Part shown: positions 1-10,924 of the stretch, piece by piece
Numbering within the stretch: the stretch's first letter is position 1
Layout: the number at the start of each line of letters is the position of its first letter
NCBI RefSeq assembly: GCF_001194135.2
Contig: NC_069004.1
Location: forward strand, 30,093,875 to 30,131,529
Direction of reading: 5' to 3'
Length of the DNA stretch: 37,655 nt
Source: Octopus bimaculoides
Taxonomy: Eukaryota
Notes under the pieces: model-generated
The model's database searches: none
What the model saw: only the letters and a program-made list of their open reading frames with translations
Told to the model about the DNA's origin: nothing
Made by a program: the position numbers and the translations under genes

Positions 1-77
1 GAGAAATGGATAATGCAGTACAAAGTGGATTTGGGAAAAGTGGGCAGAATGTGTGTGTGTGTGTGTGTGTGTGTGTG

Positions 78-470
78 TTCTTTTATTCTTTTACTTGTTT
101 CAGTCATTTGACTGCGGCCATGCTGGAGCACTGCCTTGAAGGGATTTAGTCAAACAAGTCAACCTGAAGACATATTTTTTAAAAGTCTAGTACTTATATT
201 CTATCAGTCTCTTTTGCCAAACTGCTAGGCTACGGGGACATAAACACACCAGCATCAATTGTCAAGTGATGATGGGTGGGGGGAGGGGCAAACAGACACA
301 CACGCACACACATAAATATATACATATATATGCAATGGGCTTCTTTCTGCTTAGGCAGTTTCTGTCTATGAAATCCACTCACATGGCTTTGGTCAGCCTG
401 AGGCTATAGTAGAAGACACTTGCCAAAGGTGCCATGCAGTGGGACTGAACCTGGAACCATGTGTGGAACC
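78..470 (-). mobile_element. tRNA-derived SINE family A (CORE-like, octopus OR-type), near full length
   Basis: Shares GGCACCTTGGGCAAGTGTCTTCTACTATAGCC and the 3' end CAGTCAAATGACTGAAACAAGTAAAAG with many other copies in the window. Confidence 0.8.
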
Positions 471-772
471 ACACAACCACACCAATAATTATTTTCAGGA
501 TCCAATAGAATTGAGGCATCTTAATAACAAAGACACCAACGTCGGATGGAGGATAACGTACCTGTGTACAAACAGTGTGTATGAACACTCAGGTACTTGC
601 GAAAGCATCTATGGATTTGTCCTTCCAGTTACGCATACATCCACAAATATAGACCAAATACACTCAATGTATATGTAAAATCACACAAGGATATACCCCA
701 GCGTGCAGTCCATGGTCCACTGTAGGCTCAAGGTTCAATGCAGTGGAGACTCCGAGTATAGTGTAGTATAAA

Positions 773-915
773 TCATCATCATTTACTGTCTGCTTTCCAT
801 GCTGGCATGGGTTGGACAGTTTGACTGGAACTGGTAAGCTAGACAGCTGTACCAGGTCCAGTCTGAATTTGGCTTCGTTTCTATGGCTAGATGCCCTTCC
901 TAATGCCAACCACTG
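773..915 (-). mobile_element. RTE 3' tail fragment
   Basis: (CAT)n..TTTCCATGCTGGCATGGGTTGGAC..GATGCCCTTCCTAATGCCAACCAC, shared with 19748-19960. Confidence 0.7.
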
Positions 916-1144
916 ACAGTTTCATATGTGCTTTTATGTGCCACATTATCATAATTTCTATTGCTATATGTTATATTTTAATAATTACTGATATTTTATA
1001 TATTATATATGTAAAGCATATGTCATATATGTATATATATATATTGATATAATTGTCCTTTTAGTAAATAAATAAATTGACATAATATAATGTCTAAAAG
1101 TTGATGAATACCACCCATTAATCCCCTCCATTTTCTTATTGCTT

Positions 1145-1185
<41 letters not shown>

Positions 1186-1434
1186 NNNNNNNNNNCTCTC
1201 TCTCTCTATATATATATATATATTCGAAGCGCCGGGGTTTTAATGGTGGCAGCTGATGAAGGAGATGTTTCTATGTGGCCTGCTTGTTTGTTGTACCTTG
1301 TTTATCATTTTGTCCATGTTCTTTTGCCACGTCATGTACCCAGATATGTATCTATAAGTACATGTGGACGAAGGTATATACATACATGTACATATATATG
1401 CATATACTCATATATTGTTTATATATATATACAT

Positions 1435-1532
1435 ACGATGGGCTTCTTTCAGTTTCCGTCTACCAAATCCACTCACAAAGCGTTGGTTGGCCCGAGGCTA
1501 TAGTAGAAGACACTTGCCCAAGGTGACATGCA
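1435..1532 (-). mobile_element. SINE family A, partial
   Basis: GGGCTTCTTTCAGTTTCCGTCTACCAAATCCACTCAC block. Confidence 0.75.
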
Positions 1533-1609
1533 ATATATATGAAAAAACAAAATGCAAAAAAAAAAACAAAAAAAAAAACAAAAGAAAGAAAACCAACCAA
1601 GCTACTTAC

Positions 1610-1826
1610 TTACAGGCGGACGCCTTGCTTCCACCGAGCATCATAGAGAAACATACGCCGCCATTGAGACAAGATGTACTTGAAATTTGCTCCTCTGTAC
1701 AGTTGAATCTGTTTGGAGGTACAGGTTTAAATGTGGTGGAGGAGGAGGAGGAGGAGGAAGAGACAGTGGCGGCGGTTGTGGATTTGCTGGGATCCAATGG
1801 TCTCGGAGATTTACGACTGCAGGCAT
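1610..1826 (-). CDS. Internal exon of the Spitz/Keren-like ligand: ACSRKSPRP motif, Ser/Thr stalk and first four Cys of the EGF domain
   Basis: Acceptor CACACAG at the end of a long pyrimidine tract. 217 nt = 2 + 71 codons + 2, reading ACSRKSPRPLDPSKSTTAATVSSSSSSSSTTFKPVPPNRFNCTEEQISSTSCLNGGVCFSMMLGGSKASAC-K. Donor AA|GTAAGT. CLNGGxC motif, and the intron falls between Cys4 and Cys5 as is typical of EGFR ligands. Confidence 0.9.
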
Positions 1827-1831
1827 CTGTG

Positions 1832-2260
1832 TGAGAGAGAGAGAGAGGAGGAAAGTGAGAGAGATATGAGGAGGAGGAGAGAGAGAGATATGAGGAGGAG
1901 AGAGAGAGAGATATGAGGAGGAGAGAGAGATATGAGGAGGAGAGAGAAAGAGATATGAGGAGGAGGAGAGAGAGATATGAGGAGGAGAGAGAGAGATATG
2001 AGGAGGAGAGAGAGAGATATGAGGAGGAGAGAGAGAGATATGAGGAGGAGAGAGAGAGATATGAGGAGGAGAGAGAGAGATACGAGGAGAGAGAGAGAGA
2101 GATATATGAGGAGGTGAGAGAGAGATATGAGGAGGAGAGAGAGAGATATGAGGAGGAGAGAGAGAGAGAGAGATATATGAGGAGAGAGAGAGAGATGAAG
2201 AGAGAGAGATGAAGAGAGAGAGATATGGGGAGAGGGAGAGATACGGGGAGAGAGATGAGA
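1832..2260 (+). repeat. Purine-rich minisatellite (GAGGAGGAGAGAGAGAGATAT)n, unit about 19-23 bp
   Basis: About 17 GATATGAGGAG-type units, directly visible. Confidence 0.9.
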
Positions 2261-3274
2261 GAGAGAAGAGCAAGAAATAAGGGAATTAAAGAAATGAGAG
2301 GGAGAGAGAAAGAAGGGAGTGATGAGAGGGAGAGAGAGAGAGAGAGAGAGGAAGTAGAGAGAAGGGGAAAAGAGAGACTGGAAAGAGAAACAGAAACAGG
2401 GTGAGATGATAAAGGAGTAAGATTGAAATGAGAGAGGGGGAGAAAGTGAAAGTAAGAGGGCAATAAGGGAAGGAGAGAAATGAGAGAGAAAAGGTAAGAG
2501 TGAAGGAAAGAGACTAGAAAGAGAGAGAGAGAGAGGATGAAGAGAAGATGAAAGGTTAAGAGAGATGAAGTGGTGAGATATAGAAAATATAGAGAATATA
2601 AAATGAGAAATAAAACACGGAAATTCTATAAAAGTAAATATATTTTTTATGGTTTTAGGAAATTTCGCCGGAAACATCTTTGCCATAAAAGATTTTGCCA
2701 TTTGGACAATAATAAAGCAATTTATACCAACACTTTTTAAAATAAAAAGGAAAAGAAATAATAAAAGGTTTTATAAACAGCGTTAAATAGGTAAGTCTTT
2801 ATTCAATGTGAAACATTAAAAAAAAATGTGAGGATGTAATTTAAAAAAGCATGAAAACTCCAAATTTACAGCAAATTTTTCCAGGGCAAAAATGTTTACG
2901 GCAAATTTTTCAGATATGATTTTTTTTAAAGGTAAGTGAGAACTAGAAACAAAATATTGAAAACAAAGCAACCTGCGGATTTATTCATTTTGATAGCATT
3001 GTAGATTTCTATCCTTTCATTTTGAAAATCCCCCTCCTGAAAACTCAAACTTTTTGAGAGCTGGTTCAATAGGATTAATGACCTGGGTGTTTTATAACAA
3101 TCATGAATGTTAAGAAGTCTCTTTTATACTGGGATTTCTTCAGAATTAAAAAAATGGTATCCTGTTATTTGACGTTTTTGTGGGCAGTTTTGTAGTAGTT
3201 GAGAATACAGAGCTCACTAGATTATTTCTCCTAGATTCTTTTAAGAGGCATACACATAACTACACTCAGACACA

Positions 3275-3390
3275 CTCTGGGTTCAGTCCCACTGCGTGGC
3301 ACCTTGGGCAAGTGTCTTCTACCATAGCCTCGGGCCGACCAAAGCGTTGTGAGTGGATTTGGTAGACGGAAACTGAAAAGAAGCCCGTCG

Positions 3391-3427
<37 letters not shown>

Positions 3428-3645
3428 ATATGTTTGTGTGTGTGTGTTTGTCACACCCAACATCGCTTGACAGCTGATGCTGGTGTGTTTACGTCCCTGT
3501 AACTTAGCGGTTTGGCAAAATAGACCGATAGAATAAGCACTAGGCTTCTAAAGAATAAGTCCTGGGGTCGATTTGCTCGACTAAAGACGGTGCCCCAGCT
3601 TGGCCGCAGTCAAATGACTGAAACAAGTAAAAGAGTAAAAGAGTA
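3275..3645 (+). mobile_element. SINE family A with internal (TA)n(TG)n
   Basis: GGTTCAGTCCC B-box-like motif, core and GTAAAAGA tail. Confidence 0.85.
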
Positions 3646-3967
3646 TAGAGGTATCGATTCGAGTCCCATGCATATGGAAAACCCACATTTTTCCGTCAAG
3701 GGCTTATATGCCCCCAATATTAGACTAGGATCTTTTTTAAAACGGGGGCCACATTTTTCATTAACGAAACACTTTGAAACTTGGAACACTGGTAGAATGT
3801 GTCATATAAAACATCTTTTTCTCTTAGTCTTCTTAAAAAAAAAAAGAAATCCATAAATTATTCCATGTTAAAGTTGTCGTATTTCTGTAATTTCAACCAA
3901 TCACTGACGTCCATTCAGCCGATATACATTAAGTGTCGACTACATAAACAAACGATTCTGAAACAAT

Positions 3968-4018
3968 TAACCCTAACCCTAACTCTAACCCTAACCGTAA
4001 GGTTAGGGTTAGGGTTAA
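3968..4018. repeat. Telomere-type (TAACCC)n joined to inverted (GGTTAG)n at the end of a dispersed-repeat-like segment
   Basis: TAACCCTAACCCTAACTCTAACCCTAACCGTAAGGTTAGGGTTAGGGTTA. Confidence 0.8.
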
Positions 4019-4062
4019 AGCAAATTTAAAATGAAAAAAGCAAATAAAATGAAGGTATGGAG

Positions 4063-5029
4063 NNNNNNNNNNNNNNNNNNNNNNNNNNNNNNNNNNNNNN
4101 NNNNNNNNNNNNNNNNNNNNNNNNNNNNNNNNNNNNNNNNNNNNNNNNNNNNNNNNNNNNNNNNNNNNNNNNNNNNNNNNNNNNNNNNNNNNNNNNNNNN
4201 NNNNNNNNNNNNNNNNNNNNNNNNNNNNNNNNNNNNNNNNNNNNNNNNNNNNNNNNNNNNNNNNNNNNNNNNNNNNNNNNNNNNNNNNNNNNNNNNNNNN
4301 NNNNNNNNNNNNNNNNNNNNNNNNNNNNNNNNNNNNNNNNNNNNNNNNNNNNNNNNNNNNNNNNNNNNNNNNNNNNNNNNNNNNNNNNNNNNNNNNNNNN
4401 NNNNNNNNNNNNNNNNNNNNNNNNNNNNNNNNNNNNNNNNNNNNNNNNNNNNNNNNNNNNNNNNNNNNNNNNNNNNNNNNNNNNNNNNNNNNNNNNNNNN
4501 NNNNNNNNNNNNNNNNNNNNNNNNNNNNNNNNNNNNNNNNNNNNNNNNNNNNNNNNNNNNNNNNNNNNNNNNNNNNNNNNNNNNNNNNNNNNNNNNNNNN
4601 NNNNNNNNNNNNNNNNNNNNNNNNNNNNNNNNNNNNNNNNNNNNNNNNNNNNNNNNNNNNNNNNNNNNNNNNNNNNNNNNNNNNNNNNNNNNNNNNNNNN
4701 NNNNNNNNNNNNNNNNNNNNNNNNNNNNNNNNNNNNNNNNNNNNNNNNNNNNNNNNNNNNNNNNNNNNNNNNNNNNNNNNNNNNNNNNNNNNNNNNNNNN
4801 NNNNNNNNNNNNNNNNNNNNNNNNNNNNNNNNNNNNNNNNNNNNNNNNNNNNNNNNNNNNNNNNNNNNNNNNNNNNNNNNNNNNNNNNNNNNNNNNNNNN
4901 NNNNNNNNNNNNNNNNNNNNNNNNNNNNNNNNNNNNNNNNNNNNNNNNNNNNNNNNNNNNNNNNNNNNNNNNNNNNNNNNNNNNNNNNNNNNNNNNNNNN
5001 NNNNNNNNNNNNNNNNNNNNNNNNNNNNN
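4063..5029. other. Assembly gap (largest)
   Basis: N run. Other gaps: 1186-1195, 5472-5899, 12326-12843, 15525-15542, 16334-16858, 18511-18520, 21754-21838, 33517-33720, 35791-35883. Confidence 1.
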
Positions 5030-5899
5030 ACTAATGTCCCCCCCCCATACCGCCCTTAAACACACACAACTACAGACCCTTACAAACACACCCCCTCTGT
5101 CTAACACCACTGATGCTACAACCAATACTGTTGTTGCCACTGTGTCTATTTGTCAGGTAAATTGACAAACAGATCTCAGTAAGTCCACAGCAAGGAACCA
5201 GGAATTTCAAATCTTTTATTTAATCCACCTAAGAGGATAGTGTTAATCTGCTGAATAATCACAACAGCACAAACACTACCACCACCACCACTACTACTAT
5301 CATTAATAACAGCAGAAGTACCACAATTACCACCACCACCACCACTGACACCAACAGTAGTCATCCCTACCATCACTGTCACCACCACCACCACCACAAC
5401 CATCACTGTCACCACCACCACCACCACCACCACAACCATCACTGTCACCACCACCACCACCACCACCACAANNNNNNNNNNNNNNNNNNNNNNNNNNNNN
5501 NNNNNNNNNNNNNNNNNNNNNNNNNNNNNNNNNNNNNNNNNNNNNNNNNNNNNNNNNNNNNNNNNNNNNNNNNNNNNNNNNNNNNNNNNNNNNNNNNNNN
5601 NNNNNNNNNNNNNNNNNNNNNNNNNNNNNNNNNNNNNNNNNNNNNNNNNNNNNNNNNNNNNNNNNNNNNNNNNNNNNNNNNNNNNNNNNNNNNNNNNNNN
5701 NNNNNNNNNNNNNNNNNNNNNNNNNNNNNNNNNNNNNNNNNNNNNNNNNNNNNNNNNNNNNNNNNNNNNNNNNNNNNNNNNNNNNNNNNNNNNNNNNNNN
5801 NNNNNNNNNNNNNNNNNNNNNNNNNNNNNNNNNNNNNNNNNNNNNNNNNNNNNNNNNNNNNNNNNNNNNNNNNNNNNNNNNNNNNNNNNNNNNNNNNNN

Positions 5900-6216
5900 C
5901 CCAGGACTTATTCTTTGGAAGCCTAGTACTTATTTTATCGGTCTCTTTTGCCGAACCGCTAATTTACGGGGACGTAAACACACCACCATCGGTTGTCAAG
6001 CAATGTTGGGGGATAAACACAGACACACAAACATACACACATACATACATACATACATATATACGACGGGCTTCTTTTCAGTTTCCGTCTACCAAATCCA
6101 CTCACAAGGCTTTGGTCGGCCCGAGGCTATAGTGGAAGACACTTGCCCAAGGTGCCACGCAGTGGGAATGAACCCGGAACCATGTGGCTGGTAAGCAAGC
6201 TACTTACCACACAGCC
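5900..6216 (-). mobile_element. SINE family A
   Basis: Reverse complement of the family A consensus, from the gap edge to the head. Confidence 0.8.
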
Positions 6217-7289
6217 AAAGCAAGATTTATTTATGATCAGAGGTGTTTTTAAACCAAGGTACAACTTTATTAGATGAATATGAGAAAGACAGGAGATAAA
6301 GCACAATATATTCGTGATCAGAGTTGTCCAAAAACCGAGGTACTACTGTATTAGGATAATCAAGGGTTCATTGTATAACAGAGTAGAGCGCATAAGAATG
6401 GCCCAAATCTGCAACCCTCAGTCTACTTGTACATTCTACTTGTACATTCACACCCCCATAGTTGGTGGTGGGGTTTAACAGTCACACAGTCTCCTTTTAT
6501 CACCCTCTAAGCCATTTCTCTTTTATTCATACAATCTCTATATATCACTCTCGCAGTCTCTTTTCCCCCCACATAGTCTCTCACTCTATCATACAAACAC
6601 CTACAGTGTATGAATGCATGCACACACACTTTCACAAAGTGTCTCATTCACACAGAGTTCCTCCTCCCCTCTCTCTTTCATACAAACACATACAGTGGGC
6701 TCACACACACATACATACACACAGTCTTTTCTCCTCTCTCTTTTTCATACAAACGCACTACAGGCACACATGCGCACACACACACACACACACATAAAAT
6801 ACTACAACGCTAACCCCAAGAATACATCTTCACAACACCACTGCCACCAGTACACTACTGCAACGCTACCACAACAACAACAGTACAATACCATCCGATT
6901 CTTATTCTGTCTTTAAACAACAACAACATCCCAAGTCTAAAAAACAAAAAAAAAACAGTAGCAAGAAGACACTATATTTCCCCTGCCCCATATACACAGT
7001 CTGAGAATTACTGGTATATTCTCCTTGGGGTGGGGGTGGGCAGTTTTAATGACTGCCCCATCCCCACTCTTGCTTGTTCCTACCAACTGGTACCTTCCTC
7101 AAACACACACACACCTGTTACCTTGGAAATATATTTGATGAGAAATGAAAAATTTGAAAGTATTTTTGTTAAGAAATGACTGTAGGTTGGGGAGGGGGAT
7201 ATAGGCTCGGTCTCTCTCCCTTTCACACAGTCACTCACTTACACACACACAGCCCCTCTCTCTCTCTTTCACATAATCCCTCTCTTGTC

Positions 7290-7496
7290 TGTGAAAGAGA
7301 GAAAGGGATTGTGTGTGAAAGAGAGAGGGAGTGTGTGAGAGAGAGGTATTGTGTGTGAAGGAGAGAGAGGTATTGTGTTTGAGAGAGAGAGAGACAGAGG
7401 ATTGTGTGTGAGAGAGAGAGAGAAGGATTGTGTGTGAGAGAGAGAGAGAAGGATTGTGTGTGAGAGAGAGAAGGATTGTGTGTGAGAGAGAGAAGG

Positions 7497-7538
<42 letters not shown>

Positions 7539-7580
7539 ATTGCGTGTGAGAGAGAGAGAGGGATTGTGTGTGAAAGAATG
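7290..7580 (+). repeat. Minisatellite (GA)n-AGGATTGTGTGT, unit about 20-26 bp
   Basis: About 10 GGATTGTGTGTGA units. Confidence 0.85.
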
Positions 7581-7825
7581 AGTATGTGAGAGTGAAAGAG
7601 AGGGAGAATGAAAGAGAATGAAACAATAAAAGTGAGGTTGAAAAAGAGAGAGAAAGACAAAGAGAGAGCGAGGAAGTAGGTGAAAAGTGATAGGGTGAAA
7701 GAGAAAAAGAGAGAATGAATGAGAGGGAGTAAAAGAGAAAAAAGAAATGAGAAAGGTTTGTCAGGTAGGGAGAAGGAGTTATTTGAAATCCTGACCACTC
7801 TGTAACCAGTAGTAGTAGTACTTAC

Positions 7826-7883
7826 CGACAAAACTTTGAAATGCTAATCCAAGAATAAATAGCACGGTAAACAGAAGTTGCAT
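7826..7883 (-). CDS. Signal-peptide coding exon of a Spitz/Keren-like EGF-family ligand (copy 1); encodes MQLLFTVLFILGLAFQSFV plus 1 nt
   Basis: Minus strand: pyrimidine tract ending TTTCCAG, exon starts 7962, ATG at 7883, 19 hydrophobic codons, then G|GTAAGT donor (phase 1). Joins in phase to the exon at 1826 (G+AT = Asp), giving a V-D-A|C cleavage site. Confidence 0.85.
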
Positions 7884-7962
7884 AATTTGGTGGTGATTTT
7901 GATATTGGGTAGATTTGCCTCCGTTTGTAATCCAGAGTTGTTGGCCTTGATCATTTGAGATC
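7884..7962 (-). other. 5' UTR part of the copy-1 signal-peptide exon, with an out-of-frame upstream ATG at 7954
   Basis: Lies between the acceptor AG (7963-7964) and the ATG at 7883. The acceptor implies a further upstream exon. Confidence 0.65.
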
Positions 7963-8174
7963 CTGGAAAGGAGAAGAAGAAGAACAAGGGTTAAGAGAGT
8001 AGAATGAGAGGGGGAGAGAGAGAGAGTGACAGACAGACAGAGGAGGGCTGGAAGAAAGTAAGAAAGATATGTAACTAGATGAAGATAGATTGAAAGAGAG
8101 AGAGAGAGAAATAAAGATAGAAAGACACATATGTATAAAGAAACAAATGATGAAGGAAAAAGGTAGAAAGACAC

Positions 8175-8332
8175 AGGCGTGGCTGTGTGGTAAGTAGCTT
8201 GTTTACCAACCACATGGTCCCCTGTGTTCAGTCCCACTGTGTGGCACCTTGGGCAAGTGTCTTCTACTATAGCCTCGGGCCGGCCAAAGCCTTGTGAGTG
8301 GATTTGGTAGACGGAAACTGAAAGAAGCTGGT
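8175..8332 (+). mobile_element. SINE family A, 5' half
   Basis: GGCTGTGTGGTAAGTAGCTTG head, ends at GAAAGAAGC..TCG. Confidence 0.8.
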
Positions 8333-8335
8333 CGA

Positions 8336-8505
8336 ATCATCATCATCATCGTTTAACGTCCACTTTCCATGCTGGCATGGGTTGGACGGATTGACTGAGC
8401 GCTGGCAAGCCAGAAGGCTGCACCAGGCTTCAATCTGATCTGGCAAAGTTTCTACAGCTGGATGCCCTTCCTAACGCCAACCACTCTGAGAGTGTAGTGG
8501 GTGCT
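8336..8505 (-). mobile_element. RTE 3' tail fragment
   Basis: Same tail family with a (CAT)n end. Confidence 0.75.
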
Positions 8506-8652
8506 GGGTAACAACAAAACCTGTGCTCAATATACGTCCTCCTAGGGTTAAAAAAATTGATAGCCATGTTGAAGTGGCAACAAACATTACCTTTCAGTAT
8601 TGTTACTACTTACAGATGTTTTCAATCTAGTTTGGATTCTTTGTCATAAAAT

Positions 8653-8692
8653 TTGAATTCTTTGCAATCAAATTTGATTGCAAAGAATTCAA
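8653..8692. repeat. Perfect 40-bp palindrome
   Basis: TTGAATTCTTTGCAATCAAA|TTTGATTGCAAAGAATTCAA, no spacer and no mismatch. Confidence 0.95.
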
Positions 8693-9072
8693 TCAGGTGA
8701 AAGTTGAGGAAATGTGTCTTAGTAAATAAAAAAAAGAAAAAGTAACTGCCTGCTGACTATTTTTCAAACTCTCTTAACTTCCATATCAATGCTGACCAAT
8801 TTTTACTCCCAAAGATGATGCAACAGAACTAAATGATGGTGTAATTCTGGCAACATAATAGTTTCAAATAGGTGGGGGGAGAATAACAATCAGAAATTAC
8901 TCATTTGGCAATGTATTTTATATCGGTTCACCCTTCTCTACCATTCTTACTGTAATCTCTTATGTAAAGCTCCACACAAATTGCAGCATGTCCTTGTAAT
9001 GTTCCCCTCACCTGATGCCCCTGTGGCAACTACAAGAAATCATCATCATCATCATTAGCATTATGATGATTA

Positions 9073-9215
9073 AGGCAGCGAGCTGGTAGTATCGTTAGCA
9101 CACTAGGCAAAATATTTAGTGGAATTTTGTCTGTCTTCATATTCTAAGTTCAAATCCTGCTGAGGTCAACTTTGCCTTTCATCCTTTGGGGCGGTTGACG
9201 AAATAAGTACCAGTT
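9073..9215 (+). mobile_element. tRNA-derived SINE family B (OK-like, MetaSINE-like core)
   Basis: GGCAGCGAGCTGG head, GAGTTCAAATTC-like B box and GCCTTTCATCCTTT..GGTCGATAAA..AAGTACCAG-like core. Confidence 0.75.
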
Positions 9216-9299
9216 ATTATTTCGACAGAAAGGAAGAAGAGAAAATAAACACAGAGAATGAAAATAAAACTTGTAGAGTTCAGCAGTCCAGCATGGCGA

Positions 9300-9344
<45 letters not shown>

Positions 9345-9430
9345 TTTATACCATTTGTCAGCATATCCGGTACAAAGCTATAGATATGTAGCGAGCATAT
9401 ATGTAGTGCGTGTGTGTCTGTCTGTCTGTA

Positions 9431-9472
<42 letters not shown>

Positions 9473-9981
9473 AATGTTTATATATGAGTGTGTATATGTA
9501 CATACATACGTATAGTACAACAATATAGAGCACATATATATAGATTTGATTATATATTATACATGCTCTCCGTCTCTCAAAAGACACATATACAAGGCCC
9601 ACAACTAAAGTGCATATATAAATAGCAGGCAGAGTGCGCATGTATGCGCCTGCACATACATACCGCACACACATACATACATTTATAGATACACAATACA
9701 CACAAACTTCATCCAAAGACACACCCATAGTGTATATATGTGTGTGTGTATACATATGTATAGGCATGTACACAGAACCATGTATCTGAAAACAGTTGCA
9801 TTAAAACCCACACATTTTCCAATAATCCTGTAAACATTGCAGCATTTCCTGTCTAAGATAATGGTCAAATAGACTTTATTTATATATCAAGAGGTGTGTG
9901 TATATATAGCGATGTGTATGTATATATAAACAAAATACATACACACACACAAACATATATATACATATACACACATACACA

Positions 9982-10032
<51 letters not shown>

Positions 10033-10230
10033 ACACATATATATACACATACACATATAGACATACATACACATATATACATACATGCATACACACACAC
10101 ATGTATACATATATACACAAATATACATATATACATATACACAAATATACATATATATACATATAGACATATATATACATACACATATATATACAAATAT
10201 TCAAATATACATATATATACATATGCACAA

Positions 10231-10298
<68 letters not shown>

Positions 10299-10514
10299 AC
10301 ATACATTTGGATACACACACACACACATACGTGTGTGTGTGTGTGTGTGTGTATGTGTGTGTAGTGTAGTGTATTTACATATATACTGTATACTTCTAGT
10401 GGTGTGTCAGTGGGTATATTCATATATACACACACGTGTGTGCGTTTATATACACACACACACACATATACATCTGTAGTGATCTATATATAGTTACACA
10501 TGTATGTGTGAGTG

Positions 10515-10785
10515 TGTGCTAGAGAAATTGAAGCCATTGTGGGCGGGCGAGAAGTGTGTACGGATGGATAATGGTGTGCTTGCACTTAATGATTCAGAAC
10601 ACAAAGAGAGAACTCAGAAATGTTACTCTGGAAAGTTGTTAAATATGGAAAAAACATGGGAAAATTAGGTTTTCCCAGTGCGGACCCAACAAAAGCACCA
10701 GCCATTTATGTAGACAGCAGAATGATAGACAAAGCAAGTATGAATATGAACCCACAGAAAGTCCCTCATCCACTGACAATCACCT
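10515..10785 (+). mobile_element. Degenerate RTE LINE ORF fragment (linker between endonuclease and RT)
   Basis: Manual translation GEKCVRMDNGVLALNDSEHKERTQKCYSGKLLNMEKTWEN*, frameshift, SADPTKAPAIYVDSRMIDKAS; resembles the RTE pre-RT region as I recall it. Confidence 0.6.
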
Positions 10786-10924
10786 AGTTTTGGGCATCCT
10801 CCCTTCTCAAGCAAACCCTCCCAATCTCCTCCTCCACCTGTCCCCTCCACATTTTCCTGGTGGAATAGGATATAGGCTAGTCAAACTGTATAGGTAATCA
10901 GGATGTACATGATGGCATACATGA

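Larger units (their letters stand above)
7765..8100 (-). repeat. Left arm of an inverted segmental duplication (partner 37314-37655)
   Basis: Aligned by eye to the reverse complement of 37314-37655, covering the exon and both intron flanks. Confidence 0.92.

Noticed and set aside
540-608. Possible next EGF exon (AG|A TGC..., KCFRKYLSVHTHC)
   Set aside because: Purine-rich acceptor, C-x10-C spacing and no G-x-R-C motif. The real Cys5/Cys6 exon is probably left of base 1, where the minus strand is pyrimidine-rich.
1606-2463. 285-aa ORF as a single-exon protein (and the ER-rich ORF 1913-2212)
   Set aside because: Only 1610-1826 is bounded by splice sites and domain-like; the rest is translation of a GA minisatellite.
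3929-5140. Long ORFs of 180-400 aa at 3929-5140, 12269-12931, 16190-16885 and 33413-34083
   Set aside because: Open only because they run through N-gaps.
9179-10465. Cys/Tyr/His-rich ORFs ([12 protein letters not shown]), also at 11800-12190, 20640-21420, 27026-27969 and 28999-29426
   Set aside because: Translations of (TA)n/(CA)n microsatellites, not metallothioneins or zinc fingers.
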